DNA of 64,000 nucleotides. Origin: Candidatus Multivoradales bacterium (lineage in GTDB: Bacteria > Acidobacteriota > Thermoanaerobaculia > Multivoradales > J023). The notes under the pieces were generated by a model. That model was not told the origin of the DNA. It ran no database searches and saw only the letters and a list, made by a program, of their open reading frames with translations. The position numbers were made by a program, and so were the translations under genes. The stretch is from contig CBDFLE010000006.1 in NCBI GenBank assembly GCA_965248925.1, forward strand, positions 3,552,001-3,616,000. The letters are read 5' to 3'. Shown here one piece after another: positions 33,807 to 43,692 of this stretch. Position 1 is the stretch's first letter, and each line of letters opens with the position of its first letter.

Positions 33807-35105
33807 ATGAGTAAGAAAACGATCCACCTCGGCCTTCTCGCGCTGTTCGTCTTGACTGTGATCTGGGCCTGTGACAGCGCCAATCCTGTAGCTCCGAACG
33901 GCGCCACCCTCAGTGTTAGCGCCAATCCGACCCAGATCGGACTGTCCGGGAGTTCAGTGCTCACCGTCACCGGCTTCAAGCCGGACGGTAACCGCCTAAA
34001 TCCAGGCACCCAAATTCAGTTCTCGACCTCAATAGGCATCCTCTCTGCGGCGGTCGTCTCAGTAGACAACGAAGGCCGCGCGATCGCCGTGCTCAGCGGC
34101 ACTGGGCAGCAAGGAACAGCGACTGTCACGGTCACCACCAGCGGTAGTGACAGCGAGACCACGATCGATGTGCTGATCGGTGAGGACGACACCACCCGGC
34201 CGGTGCTGACCATTACCGCGAATCCGAGTGATCTGGGCTTCGAAGAGCTTTCGGATATCGTCGTTCAGGTAACCAATGCCGACGGCTCTTCTGGCGGATC
34301 CGGAAACGTGGTCAGCTTTCGTAGCACTCTCGGCACCATCGCGGCCATCAACGGTGGTCGCACCAATGGCAGCGGCCTCGCCCGTGCCACGCTCACAGCG
34401 GAGACCATTCCGGGTACGGCAACTGTCACTGCGACGATGCCGCCCGCGGTGGATGTCGAAACCGCGGTTACGATCGCCGATCGCATGGTCGATCTGACGG
34501 TGACCGCTAACCCCGATTCGGTGGTTGCAGGGGAGGGTGAGGACTCTCAGTCCATCATCACTATTCTGGCTCGAGATGGAAATGGCCAGCCGTTGCCTAA
34601 CCTCACCGCACAGGTCTTCACCAATCTGGGCGCAGTCGCCAGCCCGGTTGTCACTGGCGAGGACGGAATCGCTATCTCGGCCTTCACTGCTGGCAACATC
34701 TCCGGTAGCGCATCGATCGCAGTGATCGCTGGCTCTGGTGAATCAGCGCCGGTTACGATCGAGATTCGCGACGTCATCGGGCAGCTGTTCGTCACCGCCG
34801 ACGAGTCGCGAATCGACGTAGAAGACACCACGTTCACGGTTCGAGCGCAGGCCCTCGACACCGCTGGCCGGGCTCTGAACGGGGTCATCGTGACCTTCGA
34901 GACCGACCCGCGGATTGGCAACCTAACGCCCTTCTCCGACGTGACAGCGGGCGAGGGCATCGCCGAGTCGACCTTCACCGTTACCCAGGCGGAGGTGCAG
35001 AGCTTCGGGCCGGATGCCTTCGACATCATTGGAACGGCGACTTCGGAGGGTGCAACCCGCACCGGCCGAGTGAGGGTCGTCATTGTTCGTGGGGCCCAGC
35101 CGTAG
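33807..35105 (+). CDS. Lipoprotein with tandem Big_1 (invasin/intimin-like Ig) domains
   Basis: IWA-C lipobox; repeated L(S/T)xxANPxx...V.F.(S/T).LG...T..xG.A...L units, about 4 copies. Confidence 0.78.
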   Translation: MSKKTIHLGLLALFVLTVIWACDSANPVAPNGATLSVSANPTQIGLSGSSVLTVTGFKPDGNRLNPGTQIQFSTSIGILSAAVVSVDNEGRAIAVLSGTGQQGTATVTVTTSGSDSETTIDVLIGEDDTTRPVLTITANPSDLGFEELSDIVVQVTNADGSSGGSGNVVSFRSTLGTIAAINGGRTNGSGLARATLTAETIPGTATVTATMPPAVDVETAVTIADRMVDLTVTANPDSVVAGEGEDSQSIITILARDGNGQPLPNLTAQVFTNLGAVASPVVTGEDGIAISAFTAGNISGSASIAVIAGSGESAPVTIEIRDVIGQLFVTADESRIDVEDTTFTVRAQALDTAGRALNGVIVTFETDPRIGNLTPFSDVTAGEGIAESTFTVTQAEVQSFGPDAFDIIGTATSEGATRTGRVRVVIVRGAQP

Positions 35106-35132
35106 TCTGACCTCGGTCTAGCTGCTGGGCTG

Positions 35133-35166
35133 GAGAACGCCTCCTTCGGGGGGCGTTCTCTGCGTT
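35133..35166 (+). terminator. Terminator-like hairpin with cUUCGg tetraloop
   Basis: GAGAACGCCTCC-TTCG-GGGGGCGTTCTC, 12-bp stem with one G-U pair; weak U-tract. Confidence 0.65.
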
Positions 35167-35222
35167 CAGGCTAGTGCTATACTGCCCGCTCAAACCACTG
35201 AGGATTGTTGTCTTTAGAAGCA

Positions 35223-36488
35223 ATGGACGAGAGAATGTCTGATTCGGCCCAAAGCAATCAACGGCTAGCAGATCTGAAGCGCCGCTTCGAGGCCGATCCT
35301 GAGTCAAGGATCTACCTCCAACTGGCTGATGAGTACCGCCATTTGGGCCACCATCCCGAAGCGGTCGAGGTACTGCAATCTGGCCTACAGCATCGGCCAC
35401 GAGATCTCTCGGGCCTGATGGCCTTGGGGCGCTGCCAGCTAGAGATGGGTTCAGCCCGCGCCGCCGCCGAAGTGCTCGCAGGAGTGGTCGAGCGTGATCC
35501 CACCCACATCGTCGGTAACAAGTTGCTACTCGAAGCACACTTGCAGCGCGAAGACTTCGACAGGGCTAGCCAGCGAATTGAAATCTACCGCCTTCTCAAC
35601 GACCGCGATCCTGAGCTGGACCACCTGCAGTTTCGCCTCGACAGGCTTCGCGAAGATCCTTCGGAGGTGCCAACGGAAGTGATGGATCAGCACAGCATCT
35701 TCGACTTTCCCACCGCAAAGTCGGCGGCGCCGGCTGGAGAGCAAGTGTTTAACCTGGACGTCGCTGCACCGAAAGACATGGCTATAAGGGCAGATATTTT
35801 CGCCTTCATCTCTACTCCAGATTCCACGGCCCCGCTGTCGGTGGAATCTGGTGTCGCCGACCTTTTTGACTTTCTCGATCCCCGCCCCAAGGCTGCCGAG
35901 CTACCTTTGGCGACTTTGTTGCCAGCAGCCGCAAGTGTTGGCGAGACGCTGCCCGAGCCCGCTGACGAGCCGCCGCTGGCCCCGCAAGCACGGGTCGGCG
36001 AAGCTGTGGAATCCGCACCGCCGGTGGCTGAAGAGAGCGCCGCGGTTGTGCCGCAGGAGAGCGCCGTGGCGTTCGAAGCTGAGTCGGCAGTGGCAACAGC
36101 GCAGCCTGTGATCGAGCCCGAGACAGTTGCTGAAGCTCCAAAGTCGACGGTTACCTTGGCTGAACTCTATCTCGAGCAAGGGCATCTGGGTGACGCCGAG
36201 AAGATCCTGCGCGAGATCCTCGACCGCGAGCCTGAAAATGCGGCTGCGCAAGCCAGCTTGCGCCAGGTCGAAGCCAGTGCCGCTGGCGAATTGACCGCCA
36301 GTGAGTTTACTATCAGTGAGTTAGGCGCCAGTGAGTTAGGCGCCAGTGAGTTGGCCGCCAGTGAGTTAACCGCCAGTGAGTTGGCCGCCGAGGTCGAGGA
36401 GCCGTGGCCTCACGGTCTGACTGAACGCAAGATCACCCTCTTGAAACGCTACTTACTACGATTGCGTGGGGCACAGAATGTTCGGTGA
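35223..36488 (+). CDS. TPR protein with N-terminal TPRs, acidic disordered linker and C-terminal TLAELY TPR
   Basis: DPESRIYLQLADEYR, TVTLAELYLEQGH...ILDREPEN; extended -10 TGCTATACT at 35175-35183. Confidence 0.75.
   Translation: MDERMSDSAQSNQRLADLKRRFEADPESRIYLQLADEYRHLGHHPEAVEVLQSGLQHRPRDLSGLMALGRCQLEMGSARAAAEVLAGVVERDPTHIVGNKLLLEAHLQREDFDRASQRIEIYRLLNDRDPELDHLQFRLDRLREDPSEVPTEVMDQHSIFDFPTAKSAAPAGEQVFNLDVAAPKDMAIRADIFAFISTPDSTAPLSVESGVADLFDFLDPRPKAAELPLATLLPAAASVGETLPEPADEPPLAPQARVGEAVESAPPVAEESAAVVPQESAVAFEAESAVATAQPVIEPETVAEAPKSTVTLAELYLEQGHLGDAEKILREILDREPENAAAQASLRQVEASAAGELTASEFTISELGASELGASELAASELTASELAAEVEEPWPHGLTERKITLLKRYLLRLRGAQNVR
36297..36386 (+). repeat. 15-bp tandem repeat x6 encoding (A/I)SE(L/F)x
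   Basis: GCCAGTGAGTT(A/G/T)nnn units, giving ASEFT ISELG ASELG ASELA ASELT ASELA. Confidence 0.9.
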
Positions 36489-36834
36489 ACGTTTGCAGCG
36501 GGTCGCTGATCGGATCGAGGGCACCTTGGCCCTGTCGCTGATCGCTGGCGACGGAATTCCGGTGGAATCGCAGGTAAATGATCGCGGCCTGGATCTTGAG
36601 GTGCTGGCCGCCGAGCTGATGGCTCAGGTCAAGGCTATTGGCAGTGATCAGCGTGAGCTCGGGGTGGGGGATGTGCGCCACTTCGCGGTCGCCACCGACA
36701 GCCGGCTGTTGATGATCACCTACGTTAGGGCGAACTACTACCTGATGCTGGTCGCTGATGCCGACACCCACTCGGGGCGAGCGCGCTTCGAGCTGCGTCG
36801 CGCCATTCTCTTGTTCGAAGACGATCTGATCTGA
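36478..36834 (+). CDS. Roadblock/LC7 domain protein (MglB/MglC-like)
   Basis: [30 protein letters not shown]; 118 aa; overlaps the TPR gene end. Confidence 0.8.
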   Translation: MFGERLQRVADRIEGTLALSLIAGDGIPVESQVNDRGLDLEVLAAELMAQVKAIGSDQRELGVGDVRHFAVATDSRLLMITYVRANYYLMLVADADTHSGRARFELRRAILLFEDDLI

Positions 36835-36880
36835 GTCATCCAACGGCTGCTGCCGCTGGTCGGCGAGGAAGGAACGAGTC

Positions 36881-37363
36881 GTGCTGAGTTTCGACGAAAT
36901 CAAAGAGCTTATCGAGCTGGTGGGCAAACATCAGATGTCAGGCCTAGAGCTAGAGCGCTCCGGCTTCAGGCTGCGTATCGAGGGGGCTTCGGTGCTCGCC
37001 GCATTGCCGACGTCGCCAGCTGTTCTCAGCTCGCCGCCAGCAGCCGCGATGCAGGCGTCGAATGTTGCCGAACCCGCCGAACTGCCGGCCGCCAGCGCTG
37101 CCAAGGGCGAATTGCCGGCCGGGGCTCACCAAGTGACTTCGCCAATCGTCGGCACCTTCTATCGTCAACCCAGTCCCGATCAGAAGCCCTTCGTCGAGAT
37201 CGGCTCACAGGTCAGCAAGGGACAGGTGCTGTGTATTGTCGAGGCGATGAAGTTGATGAACGAGATCGAATCGGACGTCGACGGCACGGTACTCGAGATC
37301 TACGTTCAAGATAGGCAGCCGGTCGAGTATGGCGAGCCCATCTTCGCCATCGCCGCTGACTGA
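36881..37363 (+). CDS. accB: Biotin carboxyl carrier protein
   Basis: SPIVGTFYR, biotinylation motif EAMKLMNEI. Confidence 0.95.
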   Translation: MLSFDEIKELIELVGKHQMSGLELERSGFRLRIEGASVLAALPTSPAVLSSPPAAAMQASNVAEPAELPAASAAKGELPAGAHQVTSPIVGTFYRQPSPDQKPFVEIGSQVSKGQVLCIVEAMKLMNEIESDVDGTVLEIYVQDRQPVEYGEPIFAIAAD

Positions 37364-37387
37364 GAACTAGCCTGAAGCGCTCGCCGG

Positions 37388-38752
37388 ATGTTCAAGAAAA
37401 TCCTGATCGCCAACCGCGGAGAGATCGCTCTGCGCATCATTCAGGCGTGTCGCGAACTCGATATTGCCACCGTGGCGGTGCATTCGACCGCTGATCGCGA
37501 CAGCCTGCACGTCACCTACGCCGATGAAGATATCTGCATCGGCCCACCGGCCTCAGTGGACAGCTATCTCGACATCAACAGCGTCATTGCCGCCGCCGAA
37601 ATTACCGGTGCCGAGGCGGTGCATCCGGGCTATGGCTTTTTGGCCGAGAACGCCCATTTTGCCGAGGTGCTGGCGGAGTGCAAGGTGGCGTGGATCGGCC
37701 CGCGCCCAGAGACCATTCGCATGATGGGCGACAAGGCCAACGCGCGCCGGGTGGCGCTCGAGGCCGGCGTACCGGTGCTGCCAGGCAGCTCTGAGCCGTT
37801 AGCCGACGCGGCCGCGGCGCGCAAGTTGGCGCTGGAAGTGGGCTTGCCGGTGATTCTCAAAGCCTCCGCCGGCGGTGGCGGCCGAGGGATGCGGATTGTC
37901 GAGCGTGAAGATCAGATCGACAGCCAGTTCAGTACCGCTAGCCGCGAGGCGCAGGCGGCGTTCGGCGATGGAACGATGTACCTTGAGAAGTACCTGGTAC
38001 AACCGCGGCACATTGAATTCCAGATCTTTGGTGATCACCACGGCACGGTCATCCATTTGGGTGAGCGTGAGTGCTCGATCCAGCGTCGGCACCAAAAACT
38101 GCTCGAAGAATCGCCTTCCACGGCCCTCGATCAGGAGTTGCGCGACCGCATGGGAGATGCAGCGGTGCGTCTGGCCGCGGCCGTGGGCTATGTGAACGCC
38201 GGCACCATTGAGTTCTTGCTCGACGAGGATGGCAGCTTCTACTTCATGGAGATGAATACTCGTGTCCAGGTAGAGCATCCGGTGACCGAGATGGTGATGG
38301 GCGTGGATCTGGTCAAGGAGCAGCTGCGGGTAGCTGCGGGCGAGAAATTGTCGATGGCGAGTGGCTTGCGGCCGCGCGGCCATGTCATCGAATGCCGCAT
38401 CAACGCTGAAGATCCGGAGAAATTCACCCCGTCTCCGGGTGAGCTGACCACTTTTCACCTGCCGGGCGGGCCAGGAGTGCGGGTCGATACCCACGCCTAT
38501 GAAGAGTACGTCATTCCTCCCTTCTACGACTCGATGATCGCCAAGTTGATCGTCCAAGGTCGGGACCGCGCGGAGGCGATCTCGCGCATGTCGCGGGCTC
38601 TCGACTTCTTTGTCGTCGAGGGCATCAAGACCACCATTCCGTTGCACCGGCAGATTCTCCAGGATGAGTTGTTCTGCCGTGGTGAGTTGTCGACCCGCTT
38701 CATGGAAAGTTTCCAGGAGCGCCGCGCAGCGGCCGTGAAAGCTGATTCTTGA
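37388..38752 (+). CDS. accC: Biotin carboxylase
   Basis: [59 protein letters not shown]. Confidence 0.96.
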   Translation: MFKKILIANRGEIALRIIQACRELDIATVAVHSTADRDSLHVTYADEDICIGPPASVDSYLDINSVIAAAEITGAEAVHPGYGFLAENAHFAEVLAECKVAWIGPRPETIRMMGDKANARRVALEAGVPVLPGSSEPLADAAAARKLALEVGLPVILKASAGGGGRGMRIVEREDQIDSQFSTASREAQAAFGDGTMYLEKYLVQPRHIEFQIFGDHHGTVIHLGERECSIQRRHQKLLEESPSTALDQELRDRMGDAAVRLAAAVGYVNAGTIEFLLDEDGSFYFMEMNTRVQVEHPVTEMVMGVDLVKEQLRVAAGEKLSMASGLRPRGHVIECRINAEDPEKFTPSPGELTTFHLPGGPGVRVDTHAYEEYVIPPFYDSMIAKLIVQGRDRAEAISRMSRALDFFVVEGIKTTIPLHRQILQDELFCRGELSTRFMESFQERRAAAVKADS

Positions 38753-39378
38753 TCGTGCCCGCGCTCTACGCTCTGGCCGACTGCGACGCTTTGGGAGCCG
38801 AACAGCTGCCGGCCGCGGTAGAGGCGATGGGCGAGGCCGGTGTGGGTTGGGTGCAGGTGCGTGCCAAGGGGTTGGCGGGAGGCCAATTGCAGCGCTTGGT
38901 GGCAGCATGTCAAGCGCGGCTCGCCGCGCACGAAACCTTGCTGTGGATTGACGACCGGGTCGACCTTGCTGCCTTGAGCGCGGTCGGTGGAGTACATCTC
39001 GGACAGCGGGACCTGCCGCCCGCGGCGGCCCGTCGGTTAGTCGGCGAGTCTTGCTTGATCGGTTTCTCGACTCACGACATGGCGCAGTTGGCGGCGGCGG
39101 ATCGCGACCCGGCGGTCGATGTGATCGCCCTGGGGCCGATCTTCGCGACCGTCAGCAAGACCGATGCGCAGCCGGTGGTTGGTCTCGACACCCTGCGCTG
39201 CGCTCGCCGGCTGACCCAGAAACCGCTGGTGGCGATCGGCGGTATCGACGCTGGCAACGTTGCCGCGGTTCTGGCCGCGGGGGCGGATACGGCGGCGGTG
39301 CTGAGCGCGGTGTGTCGGGGCGATGTGGCGAGCAATTGCGCGCGATTGTTGGCCGTCGCGAAGGGAGCAGCGAGATGA
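38749..39378 (+). CDS. thiE: Thiamine phosphate synthase
   Basis: [42 protein letters not shown]. Confidence 0.88.
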   Translation: MIVPALYALADCDALGAEQLPAAVEAMGEAGVGWVQVRAKGLAGGQLQRLVAACQARLAAHETLLWIDDRVDLAALSAVGGVHLGQRDLPPAAARRLVGESCLIGFSTHDMAQLAAADRDPAVDVIALGPIFATVSKTDAQPVVGLDTLRCARRLTQKPLVAIGGIDAGNVAAVLAAGADTAAVLSAVCRGDVASNCARLLAVAKGAAR

Positions 39379-40829
39379 CTCAGAGAGAGCAGTTCGGCAG
39401 TCGGTGGGGGCTGGTGTTGGCCACTCTCGGTATGGCGGTCGGTACTGGCAACATCTGGCGTTTTCCACGGGTGGCGGCGTCGAACGGCGGTGGCAGCTTC
39501 TTGGTTGCCTGGGTGGTTTTCCTCTTTCTGTGGTCAGTGCCGCTGATTATCCTTGAGTTCTCCTTTGGCAAACACTCTCGGCGTGGCACGGTGGGTGCGT
39601 TTGCGCGTCTCGGCGGCGGCGGCGTGGCCTGGATGGGGGGGTGGGTGGCGCTGTGCGCGACCGCCATAATGTTCTACTACTCGGTGGTCACCGGCTGGTG
39701 CTTTCGGTTCCTCGCGGCAGCGCTGAGCGGCCAGCTGAGCGACGGCGCGGCAGGGGGCCAGCTGTGGGCCTCCTTCGCCGGTACTCCCAAGGCGCTGGTC
39801 ACCCATCTGCTGGCGATGGCCCTTGGAGTGGCGGTGGTGTGGTTCGGCGTGCGCGGTATCGAGCGGGTCGCCAAAGTGCTGATTCCGACCCTCTTCGCGT
39901 TGGTCATCATTCTGGCCATTCGTGCCGTCACCTTGCCGGGCGCCGAAGCTGGTTTGGCATTCCTCTTCACCCCCCATTGGGGCGATTTGGCGAGTCCGGG
40001 TCTGTGGTTACAGGCGCTGACCCAAAATGCTTGGGATACGGGCGCTGGCTGGGGCTTGGTGTTGACCTACGCGGTCTACATGCGAGTGCGCGAAGATGTG
40101 CCGCTGAACGCTTTCATGATCGGTTTTGGCAACAACTCCATGTCGCTGCTGGCCGGCATCATGGTGCTCTGTACTGTGTTTGCGATCAATCCTGGCGCTC
40201 AAGCGGAGATTGTTGGCGCCGGCAACGAGGGCCTGACCTTCACTTGGATGCCGCAGCTCTTTGCCGCCATGCCCGGCGGTTCGGGGTTCATGGTTCTGTT
40301 CTTTCTCGCTTTGTCCTGCGCCGCTCTGACCAGCCTGATCTCAATGCTCGAACTCGCCACCCGGGTGCTGATGGATCGTGGACTGCCGCGCCGCCAGGCC
40401 CTGCCGTGGGTGGCTGGTGCTGGATTGGTTCTGGGAGCGCCCTCGGCCTTGTCGATGGAAGTGTTCGCCAATCAGGATTGGGTCTGGGGAGTTGGTTTGA
40501 TGCTCTCGGGCCTGTTCTTCGCCATCGCCGCGATCCGCTTCGGTGTCGACAAGCTTCGCCGCCAGGTGGTCAACGGAGAGGGCTGTGATCTGCCTATTGG
40601 CCGCTGGTGGGTCGTGGCGGTGGGGGTGCTGGTGCCGGTGCAAGCGGTGACCTTGATGGCTTGGTGGCTACACGATGCTTGGCAAGCCGATCCGGGCTGG
40701 CTGAAGCCTTTCGGCGCTTACAACGCCGGTACGGTGCTGTTTCAATGGGCGGTTGCGTTGGCGGCGTTGGGATTTCTCAACCGGTTCTTGGCGGCAGCTG
40801 GCAACGACAACAAGGAGACAGGGGTATGA
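39375..40829 (+). CDS. Sodium-dependent transporter, NSS/SNF family
   Basis: REQFGSRWG..GMAVGTGNIWRFP..NGGGSF; many TM helices; ATG 39375 overlaps thiE stop. Confidence 0.92.
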   Translation: MTQREQFGSRWGLVLATLGMAVGTGNIWRFPRVAASNGGGSFLVAWVVFLFLWSVPLIILEFSFGKHSRRGTVGAFARLGGGGVAWMGGWVALCATAIMFYYSVVTGWCFRFLAAALSGQLSDGAAGGQLWASFAGTPKALVTHLLAMALGVAVVWFGVRGIERVAKVLIPTLFALVIILAIRAVTLPGAEAGLAFLFTPHWGDLASPGLWLQALTQNAWDTGAGWGLVLTYAVYMRVREDVPLNAFMIGFGNNSMSLLAGIMVLCTVFAINPGAQAEIVGAGNEGLTFTWMPQLFAAMPGGSGFMVLFFLALSCAALTSLISMLELATRVLMDRGLPRRQALPWVAGAGLVLGAPSALSMEVFANQDWVWGVGLMLSGLFFAIAAIRFGVDKLRRQVVNGEGCDLPIGRWWVVAVGVLVPVQAVTLMAWWLHDAWQADPGWLKPFGAYNAGTVLFQWAVALAALGFLNRFLAAAGNDNKETGV

Positions 40830-40942
40830 CGCCACTGGCGATGTGGACGATGGCGATCATCTGCGGCTCAGTGTGGGGCGGATTTCTGTTCTTGGTGATC
40901 CGCGCCTATCGCCGCGAAAGCGCCAAGCGACGTGGCGAGTAG
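40826..40942 (+). CDS. Small single-TM protein, MetS-like NSS transporter small subunit (38 aa)
   Basis: MTPLAMWTMAIICGSVWGGFLFLVIRAYRRESAKRRGE; ATGA overlap with the NSS gene, AAGGAG upstream, WGG motif. Confidence 0.7.
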   Translation: MTPLAMWTMAIICGSVWGGFLFLVIRAYRRESAKRRGE

Positions 40943-40956
40943 CCAGGGTGGGCTAG

Positions 40957-41484
40957 GTGGTAGCTGCGCGGCGGGTCTTCTTGGTCGGTTTCATGGCGGT
41001 GGGCAAAACCGTAGTAGGTAAGGCGCTGGCGGCCGAGCTGGGGTATCCTCTCGTCGACATCGACCGTGAGGTCGAGACCGCAGCCGGCTTGTCGGTGGCC
41101 GAGATCTTTGACCGTTGTGGCGAAGCTGCTTTTCGCGCTCTTGAGCACACCTGCATTCGTCACGCTGCTGCTGGACCGGCGGTGGTGGTGGCTACCGGCG
41201 GCGGGGCTTTCACTTGCGAACGCAATCGCGATTTGATCGGGGGCGGTGGGGTCAGTTTTTGGCTGGACCTCCCGTTCGAGGTGTTGCTGGAGCGTCGGGC
41301 GCATCCGGCGGAGGCGGAACGTCCCTTGTTTCGCGATGTCGAGGGTGCGGGTCGGCTTTACCTGGAGCGCAAGCCAGCCTATGAGCTGGCTGACCATAGG
41401 ATCAGCATCGGGGAGCACGAGACCATCCCAGAAGTAGCTGCTAGAATCCTGGCCAAACTGCGAGAGAGCCCTTGCGATATCTGA
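40957..41484 (+). CDS. aroK: Shikimate kinase
   Basis: LVGFMAVGKTVVG, D.D.E, GEAAFRALE, ATGGG, RPL. Confidence 0.9.
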   Translation: MVAARRVFLVGFMAVGKTVVGKALAAELGYPLVDIDREVETAAGLSVAEIFDRCGEAAFRALEHTCIRHAAAGPAVVVATGGGAFTCERNRDLIGGGGVSFWLDLPFEVLLERRAHPAEAERPLFRDVEGAGRLYLERKPAYELADHRISIGEHETIPEVAARILAKLRESPCDI

Positions 41485-42215
41485 TTCTGTCCGACATGCA
41501 TGGCAACTGTGACGCTTTTGAAGCCGTGTTACAGCATGCCGACCCGTCTAGTTTCGACGCTATCTTGGTGCTCGGGGACCTGGTGGGTTACGGTGCTGGC
41601 CCCAACCAAGTGGTGAATATCGTGCGTGACCTCGAGGGCGACGTGACCGTCGTCCGAGGCAATCACGACAAGGTAGTGGCCGAACTCGAGGATGGCTCGA
41701 ATTTCAATCAGCCGGCGCTTGCCGCTGCGCGTTGGACCACCGACCGGCTGACCGCCAGCAATCTGCTCTATATTCGTGAGCTACCCAAGGGGCCGCTCGA
41801 GATCACCGACGACGTACACGTCTGTCATGGTTCGCCGCTCGATGAAGATGCCTACGTGTTCTCAATCTACGATGCCTACGAGATTTTCTCCAACTATTCG
41901 GCAGCGGTGACTTTCTTCGGCCATACCCACATTCCCTCCTTATTTGTGCTCCATGCCAAAGGCATCGAAGTGGCGGTGGTGCAGGGAGAGAATTCCAGTC
42001 TGGAGCTCGAAGAAGGCAAGCGCTACCTGCTCAATCCGGGATCGATCGGTCAACCCCGCGATCGGGATCCGCGAGCTGCCTACTTGATTTTCGATAGCGA
42101 GGCGCGGCGGGTCACTTGGCAGCGGGTCGACTATCCGATTGCGGCGGCCCAGGACCGCATTGTTGACGCCGGTTTGCCCAAGGTGCTGGCCGATCGGTTA
42201 GAGATGGGGATTTGA
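41472..42215 (+). CDS. Calcineurin-like metallophosphoesterase
   Basis: SDMHGN, GDLVGYG, GNHD, HGSP, GHTH, NPGSIGQPRD. Confidence 0.9.
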   Translation: MRYLILSDMHGNCDAFEAVLQHADPSSFDAILVLGDLVGYGAGPNQVVNIVRDLEGDVTVVRGNHDKVVAELEDGSNFNQPALAAARWTTDRLTASNLLYIRELPKGPLEITDDVHVCHGSPLDEDAYVFSIYDAYEIFSNYSAAVTFFGHTHIPSLFVLHAKGIEVAVVQGENSSLELEEGKRYLLNPGSIGQPRDRDPRAAYLIFDSEARRVTWQRVDYPIAAAQDRIVDAGLPKVLADRLEMGI

Positions 42216-42259
42216 TCGCCGCGGGAGGGTACCGGGCCTCTGCTCTAGCCGACATGTAG

Positions 42260-43681
42260 ATGGTTTTCACTTCCCACGTTTTCGTCTTTTATTTCCTGCC
42301 CCTGGTTCTCGCCTCTTACTACCTGGCGCCAGCTCGGCTGCGCAATACCGTGTTGTTGCTGGCGAGCTACCTCTTCTACGCGTGGTGGAGTCCGTGGTTC
42401 GTCACCTTGATGGCGGCTTCGACGTTGATCGACTATGGCTGTGGCCACTTGCTAGGGGAGCCTCTACGCTCGCCCCGGCTTCGTCGGCTGCTGTTGACCT
42501 GCTCGGTGAGCGCCAATCTAGGTTTGCTGGGCTTCTTCAAGTACAGCGGTTGGCTGTTGCGCACTGTTGAGCCGCTGTGGCGGGTGGTGGGCGGTGGTGC
42601 TCTGCCGTTGTGGCATGTGGTGTTGCCGGTGGGGATCTCGTTCTACACCTTCCAGTCGATGTCATACACCATCGACCTCTATAGGCAGCGGACTCGGCCG
42701 GCGGCTTCGCTGCTCGACTTCGCCGCTTATGTGTCGTTGTTTCCGCAATTAGTAGCTGGGCCGATCGTACGCTATCGCGAGTTGGCCGATCAGTTGCGGC
42801 ACCGCAGCCACTCGTTCGACCGGCTGGCCTTGGGGCTGTCCTATTTTGCTTTTGGTTTTGCCAAGAAGTTGGTGCTTGCCGACAATCTGGCGCCCATCGC
42901 CGACGCTGCTTTCGAGGTCGATGCCGCCAGTTGGCATCTGGCTTGGATCGGCGCAATAGCCTATGGGTTGCAAATTTACTTCGACTTCTCGGGCTACTCT
43001 GACATGGCGATCGGGCTGGGCCACATGTTTGGTTTTCGCCTGCCGCGCAACTTCGCTTCGCCGTATCGAGCCGAGTCGATCACCGACTTTTGGCGCCGTT
43101 GGCATATCTCCCTCTCGACCTGGTTGCGGGACTATCTCTACGTCCCGCTGGGTGGCAACCGGTTGGGCAGACGGCGGACCTATCTCAATCTCAGCGCTAC
43201 GATGCTGCTCGGCGGTCTGTGGCACGGCGCGCAGTGGAGTTTTGTCTTGTGGGGGGCCTGGCATGGCCTGCTGCTCGCCGCTGAACGGGCTCTGGGCAAG
43301 AGCAGTCCATGGGCCTCGCTACCGCGGCCCTTGCGAGTCTTGGCAACGATGTTCTTGGTGACCCTCGGTTGGGTCCTGTTTCGCGCTCCCAGTTTGGCCG
43401 ACGCCGGGCGGTATCTGGCCAGCATGTTCAGCTGGCGGCTGCCGACTGCGAGCTCGTCGGTGGCCGAAGCGGTGGTCTATGCTCCATTTCCGCTGTTGAT
43501 CCTGGGGCTCGCCGCCATCCTCGCTAGCTTGCCCCGGCGCACCGAACATTGGGTGGAGGGTCCTGCCGGCGGCTTGCAGACCTCGTTCTGGCGAGTCGTT
43601 TGGGTCCCGGTGTTATTCTTCTTGGGCTTGCTCGAGTTGGCGTTGTCGGGGCATCAGCCTTTCTTGTATTTTCAGTTCTAA
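42260..43681 (+). CDS. MBOAT O-acyltransferase, AlgI/PatA-like
   Basis: LPVGISFYTFQSMSY, FPQLVAGPIVR, QIYFDFSGYSDMAIG, FWRRWHISLS, GLWHGA; C-terminal FLYFQF. Confidence 0.93.
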   Translation: MVFTSHVFVFYFLPLVLASYYLAPARLRNTVLLLASYLFYAWWSPWFVTLMAASTLIDYGCGHLLGEPLRSPRLRRLLLTCSVSANLGLLGFFKYSGWLLRTVEPLWRVVGGGALPLWHVVLPVGISFYTFQSMSYTIDLYRQRTRPAASLLDFAAYVSLFPQLVAGPIVRYRELADQLRHRSHSFDRLALGLSYFAFGFAKKLVLADNLAPIADAAFEVDAASWHLAWIGAIAYGLQIYFDFSGYSDMAIGLGHMFGFRLPRNFASPYRAESITDFWRRWHISLSTWLRDYLYVPLGGNRLGRRRTYLNLSATMLLGGLWHGAQWSFVLWGAWHGLLLAAERALGKSSPWASLPRPLRVLATMFLVTLGWVLFRAPSLADAGRYLASMFSWRLPTASSSVAEAVVYAPFPLLILGLAAILASLPRRTEHWVEGPAGGLQTSFWRVVWVPVLFFLGLLELALSGHQPFLYFQF

Positions 43682-43692
43682 GAGTCTGAGCA

